Below, in pieces: positions 11,091 to 20,980 of a stretch of 64,000 bases of DNA. Numbering within the stretch: the first letter of the stretch is position 1; every line of letters begins with the position of its first letter. The stretch lies in NCBI GenBank assembly GCA_963813715.1, contig CAWFAK010000007.1:992001-1056000 (forward strand), read 5' to 3'. Source of the DNA: an uncultured Planctomycetaceae bacterium (GTDB lineage: Bacteria; Planctomycetota; Planctomycetia; Planctomycetales; Planctomycetaceae). The translations under genes and the position numbers were made by a program. Below the pieces are notes generated by a model. That model did not search any database. It saw only the letters and a list, made by a program, of their open reading frames with translations, and was not told where the DNA came from.

Positions 11091-11552
11091 ATGCTGTCCA
11101 CTCTGGCTCATCGTTTGGAAACGCAGTTTGCCAACCCGTTCGCAACACTCTACCGGGAAATGGCAAGCCAGGATTTCAGCGACGGACAGACCGCGCCTTT
11201 GCGGTCGGGATTCGGATGTCTCTCTTTGTGGGAAGATGGGGACCACGTCTACCTCGATGTGGACGTCCCGGGATTGACGATCGAAGAGATCGAGCTCGTC
11301 ATCGAAGACGGCAAGCTTTGGATCCGCGGTGCGCGCCGTCCGACGCCGCGCGGACAGAAGTGTTGGCGTGACGAGCGATTCTACGGAAATCTCGAGCGCG
11401 CCGTCGTTCTTGGGGACTCCGTCGATACGGACAAAATCGAGGCCGCGCTGGCGAACGGGATCCTGTCCATCACGGTTCCCAAGAAATCGGGAGCGAAAGC
11501 GCATCGCATTCCGATTCAGAGCAACTCGATGCGGATTTCGCATACGAGCTGA
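11091..11552 (+). CDS. Hsp20/alpha-crystallin family protein
   Basis: DVPGL, ERFYGNLER, ALANGILSITVPK; AGGAG RBS upstream. Confidence 0.9.
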   Translation: MLSTLAHRLETQFANPFATLYREMASQDFSDGQTAPLRSGFGCLSLWEDGDHVYLDVDVPGLTIEEIELVIEDGKLWIRGARRPTPRGQKCWRDERFYGNLERAVVLGDSVDTDKIEAALANGILSITVPKKSGAKAHRIPIQSNSMRISHTS

Positions 11553-11722
11553 GCGCGAATTCTAAATGACGTGGCGGCGGACCCGGCTGAGCGAATCCTC
11601 GTCGGTGTCTACCCGGCGGCGCTTCAGCCGGTTCGCTCCGCTGCCGCAACCTGATGCTGCATGGGTAGAACCGCTGCGCTTACGCGCGTTCACGACTGTC
11701 GCCAAAGAGGAGAACGAGGCCA

Positions 11723-12037
11723 ATGATTGCCGTGCTTGAATGTGGGACGGACCGTAGCGCGCACGAGCCTGCTCGCACGGTCCGGGTTCGATTGGGATCC
11801 GGTTCGAGCAAAATTTGCGCGAGCTGTTGGGAACAAGCAACGCGTTTGCGACGGCAGCTACACCGGCAGGGCTGGATCTGCACGTCACCTTCTCCGAACG
11901 TTGACCAAAACGAATTCACGTTTTTTGTGGCCAAGGGTCCAGCGGCCGTCCGACGCGACCTGCGCAGCGACTTGGAGTCGCTTTCGGAAATCGACTTTAT
12001 GTTCGAGGAAACTTTATCGAGTTTTGCCAGTCGATGA
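11723..12037 (+). CDS. Hypothetical protein
   Basis: GAGGAG RBS before ATG; 104 aa with a CxxC. Confidence 0.5.
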   Translation: MIAVLECGTDRSAHEPARTVRVRLGSGSSKICASCWEQATRLRRQLHRQGWICTSPSPNVDQNEFTFFVAKGPAAVRRDLRSDLESLSEIDFMFEETLSSFASR

Positions 12038-12300
12038 CATGCGCTGCTCGCAATGATCGATTGCGGCTGGCCGACGACGGCGATCTGACTTTTCCCGCTT
12101 GGGGATCAGAGCAAGCCACTAACGACTGACGCAGCTTCAGGGACGCGTTGCCAAAAATCAACGTCGAGACTGGACCAACTAGTGCTCTCAATTGCTTGGC
12201 GCGCCTCTAGCTCGAGATACCGTTGGAATGCGTAGCCGATTGGCCGAGGTGACGCTCTCGCTCTTGTTGTCTGACCAAAGCCCTCTTCGGGGAGCCTCTC

Positions 12301-12567
12301 ATGAATCCGTCTGAGAAGTCGATGGCAACTCTGCGTCGCGAAGCAGCCGTAGTGGGTTTCTGCGCACCTGTCTGTTTTTTGGCCGGCACGGCGGTCGGTC
12401 TGGCCGCACAACTGAAACTCATGCATGCGAACCTGAGCAACGCTCTGTTCCAGACGTTCTTGGTTTGCGGGCTAATCGCGCTCGGCCACAGCCAGCTCGC
12501 GAGTCGCGTCTGGGCCATCGCCCACACTTTGTCGGCCGCGGCTGTCGACGCGAAGGTGTCCGAATGA
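12301..12567 (+). CDS. Small hypothetical membrane protein
   Basis: GGGAG RBS; two hydrophobic segments. Confidence 0.45.
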   Translation: MNPSEKSMATLRREAAVVGFCAPVCFLAGTAVGLAAQLKLMHANLSNALFQTFLVCGLIALGHSQLASRVWAIAHTLSAAAVDAKVSE

Positions 12568-13065
12568 ATGACCGCCCCGTCGCCTGAGCGAACGTTGGCT
12601 GACCCTGTCCTGCCAAGGCAAGCTGCTTGGGCCCCCCGTACTGTCAGTTTGCGGCGAAACGAGTCAAAACTCCTATCTGGAGATCCCCACAACCCCTTGG
12701 CGAATCTCAGAACCGCTCACCCGAAGGGAACTGCCGGCTCGCGCGACGAGCCTCGTAGCGGGGCGCTGAATGCGGCCAAGACGAGCACCGTCAAGGGCTG
12801 GCAACAAACCCGGACCTCGATAACAGTCCATCGCCTCAGGCAAAAGCAGTTCCCGGCGTTGTCAGCCTTTGCCACCCACGGCTGTAAGAGCCTGTCGGAC
12901 GTGTTCCTCCGAAGCGAATTGCGCCGAGAAGATGTGTTGGATGGCCGATCCAGTTCGTGCCGCTGGTCTGGCGCTCGCTAGAAAGAAGGTATGAGCGTCG
13001 TAGGCGATTTCACGTAGGGAAGCTTGCGCTTGCCTGTTCGGCGCTGCCCGATCACCATTTCGGGC

Positions 13066-13296
13066 ATGCCATTCATCGTCAAAGCAACCGGACGCGCAGG
13101 GTTCGTCTGTTGGCTGGGCGCCGCAGATGAGGCCGGTTTTCGTCCGCTTGCACCTCGCAAGATGGCAGACTTTTTCCTGACAGTCCAGGGTGCGCACGAC
13201 GCGATTGCCCTCCTGCCGCGGACATTCGAACACGTGGGGTGGGCCTTCTCCGTCGAATCGGCCGACCAATTGAGCCGTCCGACGGTGAGAATGTAG
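13066..13296 (+). CDS. Small hypothetical protein
   Basis: MPFIVKATGRAGFVCWL...FSVESAD; globular-like composition, unlike the overlapping junk frames. Confidence 0.5.
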   Translation: MPFIVKATGRAGFVCWLGAADEAGFRPLAPRKMADFFLTVQGAHDAIALLPRTFEHVGWAFSVESADQLSRPTVRM

Positions 13297-13336
13297 CTGA
13301 AAGACACCGATCCTGTGCCCCGGCAAGCCGGCGCAG

Positions 13337-13705
13337 TTACTGCCGTGCTTCGAGCTGAAGACCTCCCCACCGGCGCACATTCGCCGCGGCGACTCTTACA
13401 AGACGCGCCAACAGTGGGATTTCTTCCAAGAGATGCTGCCTACGCCGGCAAGCCTTCAAGAGCTCTTCTGCGCGATGAACCAGCACTGGATCACGCCCGA
13501 TTCGGATCGTCCGCTGGACCAGGCAACCGTCCTCAAGTCGTTCGTAGTACCGCAGCCGCCAGACGTAGCCGCCCCGATCCCATTTGCGGCAGATGTTTCC
13601 TTGCGTCCAGAGATGCGGCGAGGCTGCCAAAATCCGCCGTTTGATGTCACTCCAGCGGATTTTGAGTTCGGCCGAGGGCGCTGCGGAGGCCGTAGTGGAT
13701 TTCAC
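13337..13705 (-). CDS. Basic hypothetical protein
   Basis: AAGGAGG RBS; start overlaps the upstream stop; VWRLRYYE motif. Confidence 0.55.
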   Translation of the reverse strand: MKSTTASAAPSAELKIRWSDIKRRILAASPHLWTQGNICRKWDRGGYVWRLRYYERLEDGCLVQRTIRIGRDPVLVHRAEELLKACRRRQHLLEEIPLLARLVRVAAANVRRWGGLQLEARQ

Positions 13706-14232
13706 GACTCGCTCGCCTCCTTGCGGTGCTCCCGTTTGCCCGAGTTGGCTGATACCTGAATTGAAGTTTCATCGTCTGACGCCGGGGCGGCAGTGCATCC
13801 ATTCAACCTGTGAGACTGGGCTCTCTTACGCTCGCTTTTGGAGCGCCTCGTCTCTCCGCCGTTACACCGACATCTCTCGTTTTTGAGCTCCTTTTCGCGA
13901 GCCAGCTGCCAGAGCCGAGCACTGGCGGCCTGCGACTGGCACAATTCGGCCAGATGGCTCTGCATGGACATGAGCGGTCCCAGGACCGAATCGAGGACAT
14001 TCGACTCAATTTCCGACGGACCGCGGTGATTATGCGCGTCCGTGCTCTGGACCCGTTGCAGCAACGTGTATTGAACGCGCAGGGTCAGATACCCGGCCAC
14101 ATTCAGCATCATCCGAAAGAACTCGGCAGACAACTTGGCCGAATCCTTTCGGGACGCGACGTCGATGGCCCGGAACAGCTGCGAGAAAGCATCGGCGTGT
14201 TTTGTCTCATGCCAGGGCGTCTCGAGGATCAA
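13702..14232 (-). CDS. Helical hypothetical protein, probably 5'-truncated
   Basis: Helical composition; coupled to 13337..13705; no RBS at the TTG. Confidence 0.5.
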   Translation of the reverse strand: MILETPWHETKHADAFSQLFRAIDVASRKDSAKLSAEFFRMMLNVAGYLTLRVQYTLLQRVQSTDAHNHRGPSEIESNVLDSVLGPLMSMQSHLAELCQSQAASARLWQLAREKELKNERCRCNGGETRRSKSERKRAQSHRLNGCTAAPASDDETSIQVSANSGKREHRKEASES

Positions 14233-16543
14233 TCAGTTGCCGGCCTCTCCAAACCGCCTTCGGAACAGGCTTCCGCAGTTTGCGATGTCGAGATCAACCC
14301 TCCCGACGCGCAGCTCTCGGTCGATCCCTCCTTGGCGTCCATTTCCGGAGTTGGATCCCGGCGTCGCGTCGTGGTGCCTCATCCGACGCTCAATACGTCA
14401 ATTACGCTCGTCGCTACTGCCGAGGGCTTTCAGGAACTGCGTCGAGAGGTCAATTTGCGGCCCGGCGGCGCGGAGTCGATCGCGTTGAAACTCGAGTCGA
14501 TTCCCGGATGGTCGAAATCTGTGCTCGATACTGGCAAGCCGCTGCCCGGGAGTGGCACAACGACCCCGCCTGACAGCACCGACAGAACGCAGGCTCAGGG
14601 CGCCATCGAATGGAAACTAGTTTCGACGATTGGGAACAGCGGGTCGGATATCTACGGCCTCGCACTGAATCATGACGGCTCTCGCGTGGCGGCGGGCGGG
14701 GCGGACCGCACGCTGCAAGTTTGGGACGCGCGAACCGGCGCTCTCAAAGCACGAGTCGAGCGACCGAGCGAAGTCGGCAGCGTTGCTTACTTCAAAGACA
14801 GCAAGAGATTGATGTGTAGCGTCGGCCGCGAACGAAGAGTCGAGGTTTGGAAGGAAAGTGCTCTCAGCCTCCAACACCGATCGGTGGCCGCAGGTCGTAG
14901 AGGGTCAAATCGCAATTCATCAACGTCATCGCAGCCATGGATCCAGTTCACAAATGATCCGAATCAAGAATTGTGGCGAGCAGTCTTGAGCCCGGACGAA
15001 AGACTCGTGGCCACTGGTGGAAACTCAGGAATTGTCACGATCTGGGAGGTCGCTACTGCCAAACCTCTTCGCCAGGTTCTGCAAGGTCTCGGCGAGAATG
15101 CGAGTCGCGAGCAGCCGGCGCCTCGGCCGACTGCCGGTAGTCGGTTCAGACGTCGCCCATCAGGTCGGTCGTCCCGACCACAGCCCCTTAGTTCGGCTAA
15201 ACCAGGTGCAGCCATTCTCAGCCTAGCATTCAGCCCTGATGGGAAGCAGCTGGCCTGCGGCGGTGAGTCCGGGGTGATTACTCTGTGTAACGTCGTCACC
15301 GGCGAAGCGCAAGCGAAGCTGGAGGGCCACTCTTCATCGATCTTACAGTTGGCTTACAGCCGCGATGGGCAGCATCTGGCCTCTTTAGGCAGTGATCGGA
15401 CCTTACGCCTTTGGGACACTAAGCAACAAAAGGAATCGCAAACCTTCGACACAGGGGTGGGTGAGGCGATGGCCGTCAGTCCTGCCGGTAGGTGGATCGC
15501 AGTAGCCGGAGACGACAATTCGGTTCGCATTTGGGACATCGAGAACCCAAAGGACTTTTCAGTGTTGGGGCACGGCGTGAATGTCACTCACCTCGTCTTC
15601 AGCGCCCAGGGTACGCGGATCGCAACTGCGGACCGCGATCGAACAATCAGGGTTTGGGACCTCCACTTCGCAAAGCCGCCCCAGCCCGACTCAACTTCAG
15701 GGACACTGGCGGCGACTACGGCCATCCCAACGCCCAAACAATCTGTCGGTGCTGTCGACAGTGGCGGGCCTTTCGCAGGCAAGCAAGCCGGCCAGCGTCT
15801 CGATAACGGGTTAGGCATGGGTTTCGTGTGGATCCCGCCTGGCGAATTCAAAATGGGAAGCGCAATTGGCCCCGATCACCAGAAAAACGAGCCCCAGGTC
15901 AATGTCAAACTGTCCGGCGGGTTTTGGCTGGGAAAATGCGAGTTAACACGAGCCCAATGGCAGCTGGTGATGAAGACGACTCCGTGGAAAGAATTGACGG
16001 ACGATCTCAATCCAGTCAGCGGCGACAACTATCCCGTGACGCATGTTACTTGGCAAAACGCGATCGATTTCTGTAGGAAATTGACAGAGGACGAGCATAG
16101 AGCTGGACGGCTCCCGCCTGGTTGGGAATTTGACCTTCCGACGGAAGCTCAATGGGAGTATGCGTGCCGGGCCGGAACGACGACGCCCTACTATTGCGGT
16201 AATACGTTTGACAAGCTGAAGGATTCGGCTTGGTTCAAGGGAAACATCCAAAACGAGTTTGATCGCCACGCTCAGCTGGTAGGGTCGAGGGAACCCAATC
16301 AGTGGGGCCTCTACGACATGCACGGAAATGTCTCCGAATGGTGCCGTGACTGGTATGCGCCAGATCCTGCGCGGTGGTTTAGATCCCGAGGTGTCGTCTG
16401 GAAGCGGTCGAAGGGTCATACGCGGCGGCAATTGGCGGTCCACTGCCGAGAATGTTAGATCGGCCTATCGGATTGGTGCCAATCTCGAGACGCGGAACTC
16501 CGCTGTAGGCTTCCGCGTGGCCGCAGTCCCCGTACGCAAGTAG
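14230..16543 (+). pseudogene. 5'-truncated protein with PEGA-like region, WD40 repeats and FGE-sulfatase (SUMF1/EgtB-like) domain; frameshift ~16370
   Basis: WD repeats; IPPGEFKMGS, LPTEAQWEYACRAG, PNQWGLYDMHGNVSEWC, VIRGGNW, GFRVA. ORF sequence before ~14230 is the antisense of another gene. Confidence 0.8.
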
Positions 16544-16580
16544 TCGTTCTCTCCGACCCATAATTGAGGGCCTTGGCCCC

Positions 16581-17330
16581 TTGAGCGATCTTTGGATCGG
16601 GCTATCGATCGGTAACGGCCGTTACAGGGTCGCCTCGAAGCTGGGCGAAGGTGGCATGGGCAGCGTCTATCGCGCCTGGGATGCCAATCTCCAGACCGAC
16701 GTCGTGGTCAAAATGCCACACGCTAATGCCCAAGATCCGGAACCGACCGCACGTTTCGCGAGAAGCCAGTTCGCTCGTAAAGTTGAGCCACCCCCACATC
16801 GTCAAGATCGTCGATTTCGCCGAACAAGCTGGGCAGCCGTTCGCGGTGATGCAGTTTCTGTCGGGTGGTAGTCTGGCTACGCGACGGGAGACTTCGAGTG
16901 CCGGCCTCCGCTACCAATCGCCCGACTCGCTGAAGGATTGGCTGCCGGACATGGCCAAGGCGTTTGACTTTGTGCACGCCCGGGGCTTTCTGCACCGCGA
17001 CGTTAAGCCGGCGAACATCCTCTTCGATGAATATGGCAATGCGTTTTTGAGCGACTTTGGGATCACCAAATTTGCAGTCGCCCGCAGGCCGCGAACTCCG
17101 GAAAGAGTTTGACGGGCGCAGGGATGGTCCTCGGAACTCCGGAATACATGGCGCCCGAGGTGATCCTGGGGCAGTCCGCCGACGGCCGTCTTGATCAGTA
17201 CGGCCTCGATCGCCAAATCGAATCGTCTGCAGCACGTCGCGCTCGAAGATTCGTCGAGGAAAACAATGCCCAAAGAGAGTATTGGGCGGATGACCTGATC
17301 GAACCGCATCTCGGCGCTCCCCGCACGTAA
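16581..17330 (+). pseudogene. Truncated Ser/Thr kinase (frameshifts ~16760, ~17100)
   Basis: LGEGGMGSVY, HPHIVKI, HRDVKPAN, DFGITK, GTPEYMAPE. Homology ends after DQYGL (subdomain IX). Confidence 0.8.
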
Positions 17331-17463
17331 CCCGGCCCGATGCTCTCGCGGAACGGGGGTCCATCAGGAAAAGGCTGAATGTGAAGGGGCACCCAGCAAC
17401 CGATTGAATGTTGTCCGCGCGCAAGTACAATGGCGTGCGCTGGATTCTCGGCAGCCGGGCCCC

Positions 17464-18821
17464 ATGACGAGTCGACCGGTCATCTTCATCTCCGCAACGA
17501 GCGATATCCGCTCGGCCCGCGATTTGGTGGGCAAAGTCCTTTACTCGATGGGCTACGAACCGGTCTGGCAGGACATCGAACCGACCGACGGCGGCGAGTT
17601 GCTCGAAGTCCTCCGCCGGCGGATTGCGCCCTGTGCGATGATGGTGCAACTGGTCGGACAGCGTTACGGCGCCGAGCCACCGCAACCGACCGCCGAGTTC
17701 GGCCGGGTCTCGTACACGCAGTTCGAAGCGCTCGAGGCGGAACGGGCTGGCAAGAAGGTGATCTATCACTTCCTCGACGAAACTTTTCCGACCGACCCGG
17801 CCGCATCGGAGCCGCCCGAGCTGACTTCTCTGCAGACGGCCTACCGCCAGCGACTGAAAGACGCCAACCGGTTGCGACACGGCGGGATCGCCAGTCCCAC
17901 CGACCTCGAGCTGTCGATCCGGCGCCTTTCCGACGACCTGGCAGCGCTGCATCGTGAGGTGACGAAGCCGCCGGCAATTCTGTCCCGCGTCGAAGCACCG
18001 CGAATTCAAGTCACTTACGAGACGCAGCACCCGTTGAGCGCGGAAATTGACAACCCACCGTCCCCCGTCGATGAGAACGTGCAGTTCACAGTGTACCGGC
18101 CTCACGCGATCAAGCCTGGTCGGTGGGAGACCCTGTTGGCCTTCGCGCATCTTTCGGATGCCGCCCCGGCGACGAGGACCAGCCGCACCCCCTGGACGAA
18201 TTGGAGCGACAGGCCCGGGTCGCATTGGGAGATAAGCGAGATTCTTACGACGCGCGCACCCAGGACAGCTCCGCTGGTATTCCCCGCGGCGGCCTGATCA
18301 CCTTTGTTCCTGATGTTGCCGGCGTGGAGTTCAACCCGGCTTGCTGCGCCTTCAAGTGGCTTGAAAGCGTCCACCGCGAGGAGTTCCGTCTCAGGGCAGC
18401 TGAACCGGCAGACCGGCAGATGCTCCGGGGGAAAATGAGCGTATTCCTTGGCGCATTGCTCGTGGCCGACATCACCCTCATGTTACGCGTGGACTCGGGC
18501 GCACCAGCGTCCGCGCCGAATGCTGCTTCCGCCTCAGAGGAGACCGTTGAGATCAAAGACCTCAAGCATGGCGTATTGACGTACGCTCTACTGGCTGGCC
18601 TCAAGGCGGTCGACGAAGGGCCTCTCACCGAGAAGTCCGTCCAACCCAACAATCCCGAGCGCGTCGTGGGCGTGCTCGATTGGTTTAGCTTCGCCAGCGG
18701 TGAAGTGCCGCGGCTGACAAAACGATTCACAGGTCAGGAGCAGGAAGTGCAGATGCGCAGCGAAGGGACGAGTTTTCCCGTTCTGCCGCTTGAGGGCAAT
18801 TACGCTGCACCTTTGCGCTGA
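17464..18821 (+). CDS. Chimeric protein: DUF4062-like domain, unknown domain, C-terminal caspase (C14)-like fragment; frameshift ~18165
   Basis: IFISATSDIRSAR...LVGQRYG...SYTQFEALEA; DENVQFTVYRP; LKHGVLTYALLAGL...VPRLT...QEQ. No N-terminal caspase half. Confidence 0.6.
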
Positions 18822-19220
18822 GGCGTCGCGCCGGGTCCCTCGAAAGGACTGGGGCGGTGGTTAGTCCGCTCCCCGGCGTCCGAACGATTTCCTCGCGAAG
18901 ACCCGTCCCTGCCAGTCTTCGCGTGATGAGTCGCTGATACTCGAGTGCTCGCAGAAGACCTGAGCTGCCTCCTCCAACCTACCGCTTCCCACGAAAAAGC
19001 CCGCGGCGGACCCACGCGGATTCGGGGCATGTTGCTAGGGATATGGCAAAGGCGCTCCGCGACGTTGACGACTTGTCGCCCCGGCAAACGCCCGGTACGG
19101 CCGAACGGTCCTCTGCAGAGGCGCCGCGGCCGTACCGGGTGTTTGCGTCTCGCCAGGTCGCCCTGGCGCATTGGGGAGCTTGCGAGCTTTCTTCCGATTC
19201 CACGCTCGGGCGGCCCGACA

Positions 19221-19865
19221 TCAAGCCGTCGCCATTGATGTCAGAGCTCCATCGGCCAGCTCGCCTACGAACCGGTGCCAGTTCGCACAAAGCTCCCCGC
19301 GCAGCTGGCTGATCCGCGCTGCGGAAACCCGGAACATTTGGGCCACGCTGCTGGTCGTCTCACCAAGAGCCAATTTCTCGGCGAGCTGCCGATCCCGCGT
19401 AGGTAACGTCTTAAGCCAATCGGCAAAATCGACCCGTGTTTCCGCGATTTGAGCCGGTCCTGCCGTCCGGTCCTCAACCAGAGCCTCGCGCCAGTCCCCG
19501 ATCCGCTGATTAAATCCGTCGAGGCGCTCAATCCTGAGACCATTCGCCAAAACGGCAGACCCCGACATGATATCCCGACGATTGCTCCGCGAGCCGAGTC
19601 GCCGGCCAGCGCGGACCTTCCGGATCGCAAATTGTGCGAGCGGCGTGGCATAGACGAGAGCCGACTTGCGCCTCTGGCATAGCCGCACGAACAGGTTGTA
19701 GGCCTGCGCGATGACCTCTTGGATCAGCTCGTCACGGGCTTCGACTCGAATTCGCCGAAACGCAAAATTGGCCTGTTTGCGGATCTCCGGCAGCATGCTG
19801 AGGAACTTGTCGTTCCGACGGCGTGACGCAGGCTTTCGTTTCGGGTTCGTTGCGATTGCGATCAT
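19221..19865 (-). CDS. Sigma-factor-like protein with C-terminal HTH
   Basis: RDELIQEVIAQAY (region-2-like); LPTRDRQLAEKLALGETTSSVAQMFRVSAARISQLR (region-4-like HTH). Confidence 0.7.
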   Translation of the reverse strand: MIAIATNPKRKPASRRRNDKFLSMLPEIRKQANFAFRRIRVEARDELIQEVIAQAYNLFVRLCQRRKSALVYATPLAQFAIRKVRAGRRLGSRSNRRDIMSGSAVLANGLRIERLDGFNQRIGDWREALVEDRTAGPAQIAETRVDFADWLKTLPTRDRQLAEKLALGETTSSVAQMFRVSAARISQLRGELCANWHRFVGELADGALTSMATA

Positions 19866-19878
19866 TGGGCTACCCTTC

Positions 19879-19911
19879 AAAAAAAGGGACCGCCCATGTC
19901 CGGGGCGGTCC
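19879..19911 (-). terminator. Intrinsic terminator within the 5' leader of the sigma-like gene
   Basis: GGACCGCCC/GGGCGGTCC 9-bp stem followed by C and T7 on the minus strand, 13 nt before the ATG. Confidence 0.65.
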
Positions 19912-20760
19912 TGTTCCAAAGAACAAAACCGCCCCGGCGACACACCAGGGCTTCAGATCGAGAACACGGTCAGGTCAATCAGAAACGCTGACCGAGCCGG
20001 GCAAAACGAAACGACCCGCTGCCTGGCTGGGATGGCCGATCAGCGGGCCGAAAACTACGTCCACGAGGGGGCTGTCAGAGCTACGATGGCCCTCACCTCA
20101 CTTTAACACGCAGGATCGCTGAATTTAGGAGCGCGGAAGTACCCGGGCCGATGTGACTCGATAGATTGTTCAAATCCGTGTGGGCTCAATCGCCTGACGC
20201 GAACGCTCGGACAGAATGAGCAAGGCTGGGACCGCGGCGGAAGACAACGCTTGCAAGCAATCACGCGCGGGACGCCGCTCGATCGAGGGGCCTACGACAA
20301 CGGTGCGCCCAATCGCGTGAATGGAGTCACGCGCACCGGCTGCAGTTGTCCGCGATCAGCCGGCAGATCGGTTGCCTTGCTGGACACGATGTCCGCCAAC
20401 ACTAATTCCTGGGCTGCTGCAATCGCGCGATCGCGATGGAGGTTGTTGAGCGGGCCGACTGATCGACCAGGCCAAGTCCAGCCGATCCGTTCGCACGCTC
20501 CTGAGGCTCTGGCGGGGTCTGGGACGTGAGCTCTTAGATCAGGGCGATCGAAGGGACGTCGGGAAAGCGGCGCACGATTCACAGTTGATCTGGCAAAAAA
20601 GTGCGTCCGATAGCCACTACCATTTTTACCACTTAGCTCCTCGAATACCACGATTTCTTGCGAGATAATCGCGACGTTTGCAACGGTATGCAATGAGCGA
20701 TACCATGCTCGAAATCTATTTGCCCTCCAGGGTTTTGTGGCTTTTCGGCGGGACTCTCAG

Positions 20761-20808
20761 ATCGGTCTTCGGAACCGAGGGTTGGGGGTTCGAATCCCTC
20801 CGAGTGCA
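20761..20808 (+). mobile_element. 3' half of tRNA-Arg(TCG): att-like duplicated site of an integrated element
   Basis: Anticodon arm TCGGT-CTTCGGA-ACCGA, T-arm GGGGGTTCGAATCCCTC, acceptor 3' strand CGAGTGCA. The 5' acceptor strand (GCACTCG) and D-arm are absent. Confidence 0.8.
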
Positions 20809-20980
20809 CTTGTTTTACCGCTCCAAACGCGGCGTAACTGTAGTTCCGCGAGGTCCTGGACAACCGGTGGTGTTGCCCGTATTGCGAAGGCGAGCGAGAG
20901 CTCTTTCGACTCAGCAGCACGTGCATTGGCACTTCGCGAGTCGCGGTTAGCATTCTCTGGAAAGCGGCGGACAACTCGTT

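Noticed and set aside
12726..12854. GGGAACTGC/GCAGTTCCC long-range stem with an inner hairpin (possible ncRNA)
   Set aside because: A 9-bp match is expected by chance somewhere in a GC-rich 64 kb; no recognisable RNA family motifs.
20735..20810. Intact tRNA-Arg gene
   Set aside because: No 5' acceptor strand or D-arm upstream; treated as an att-like fragment.
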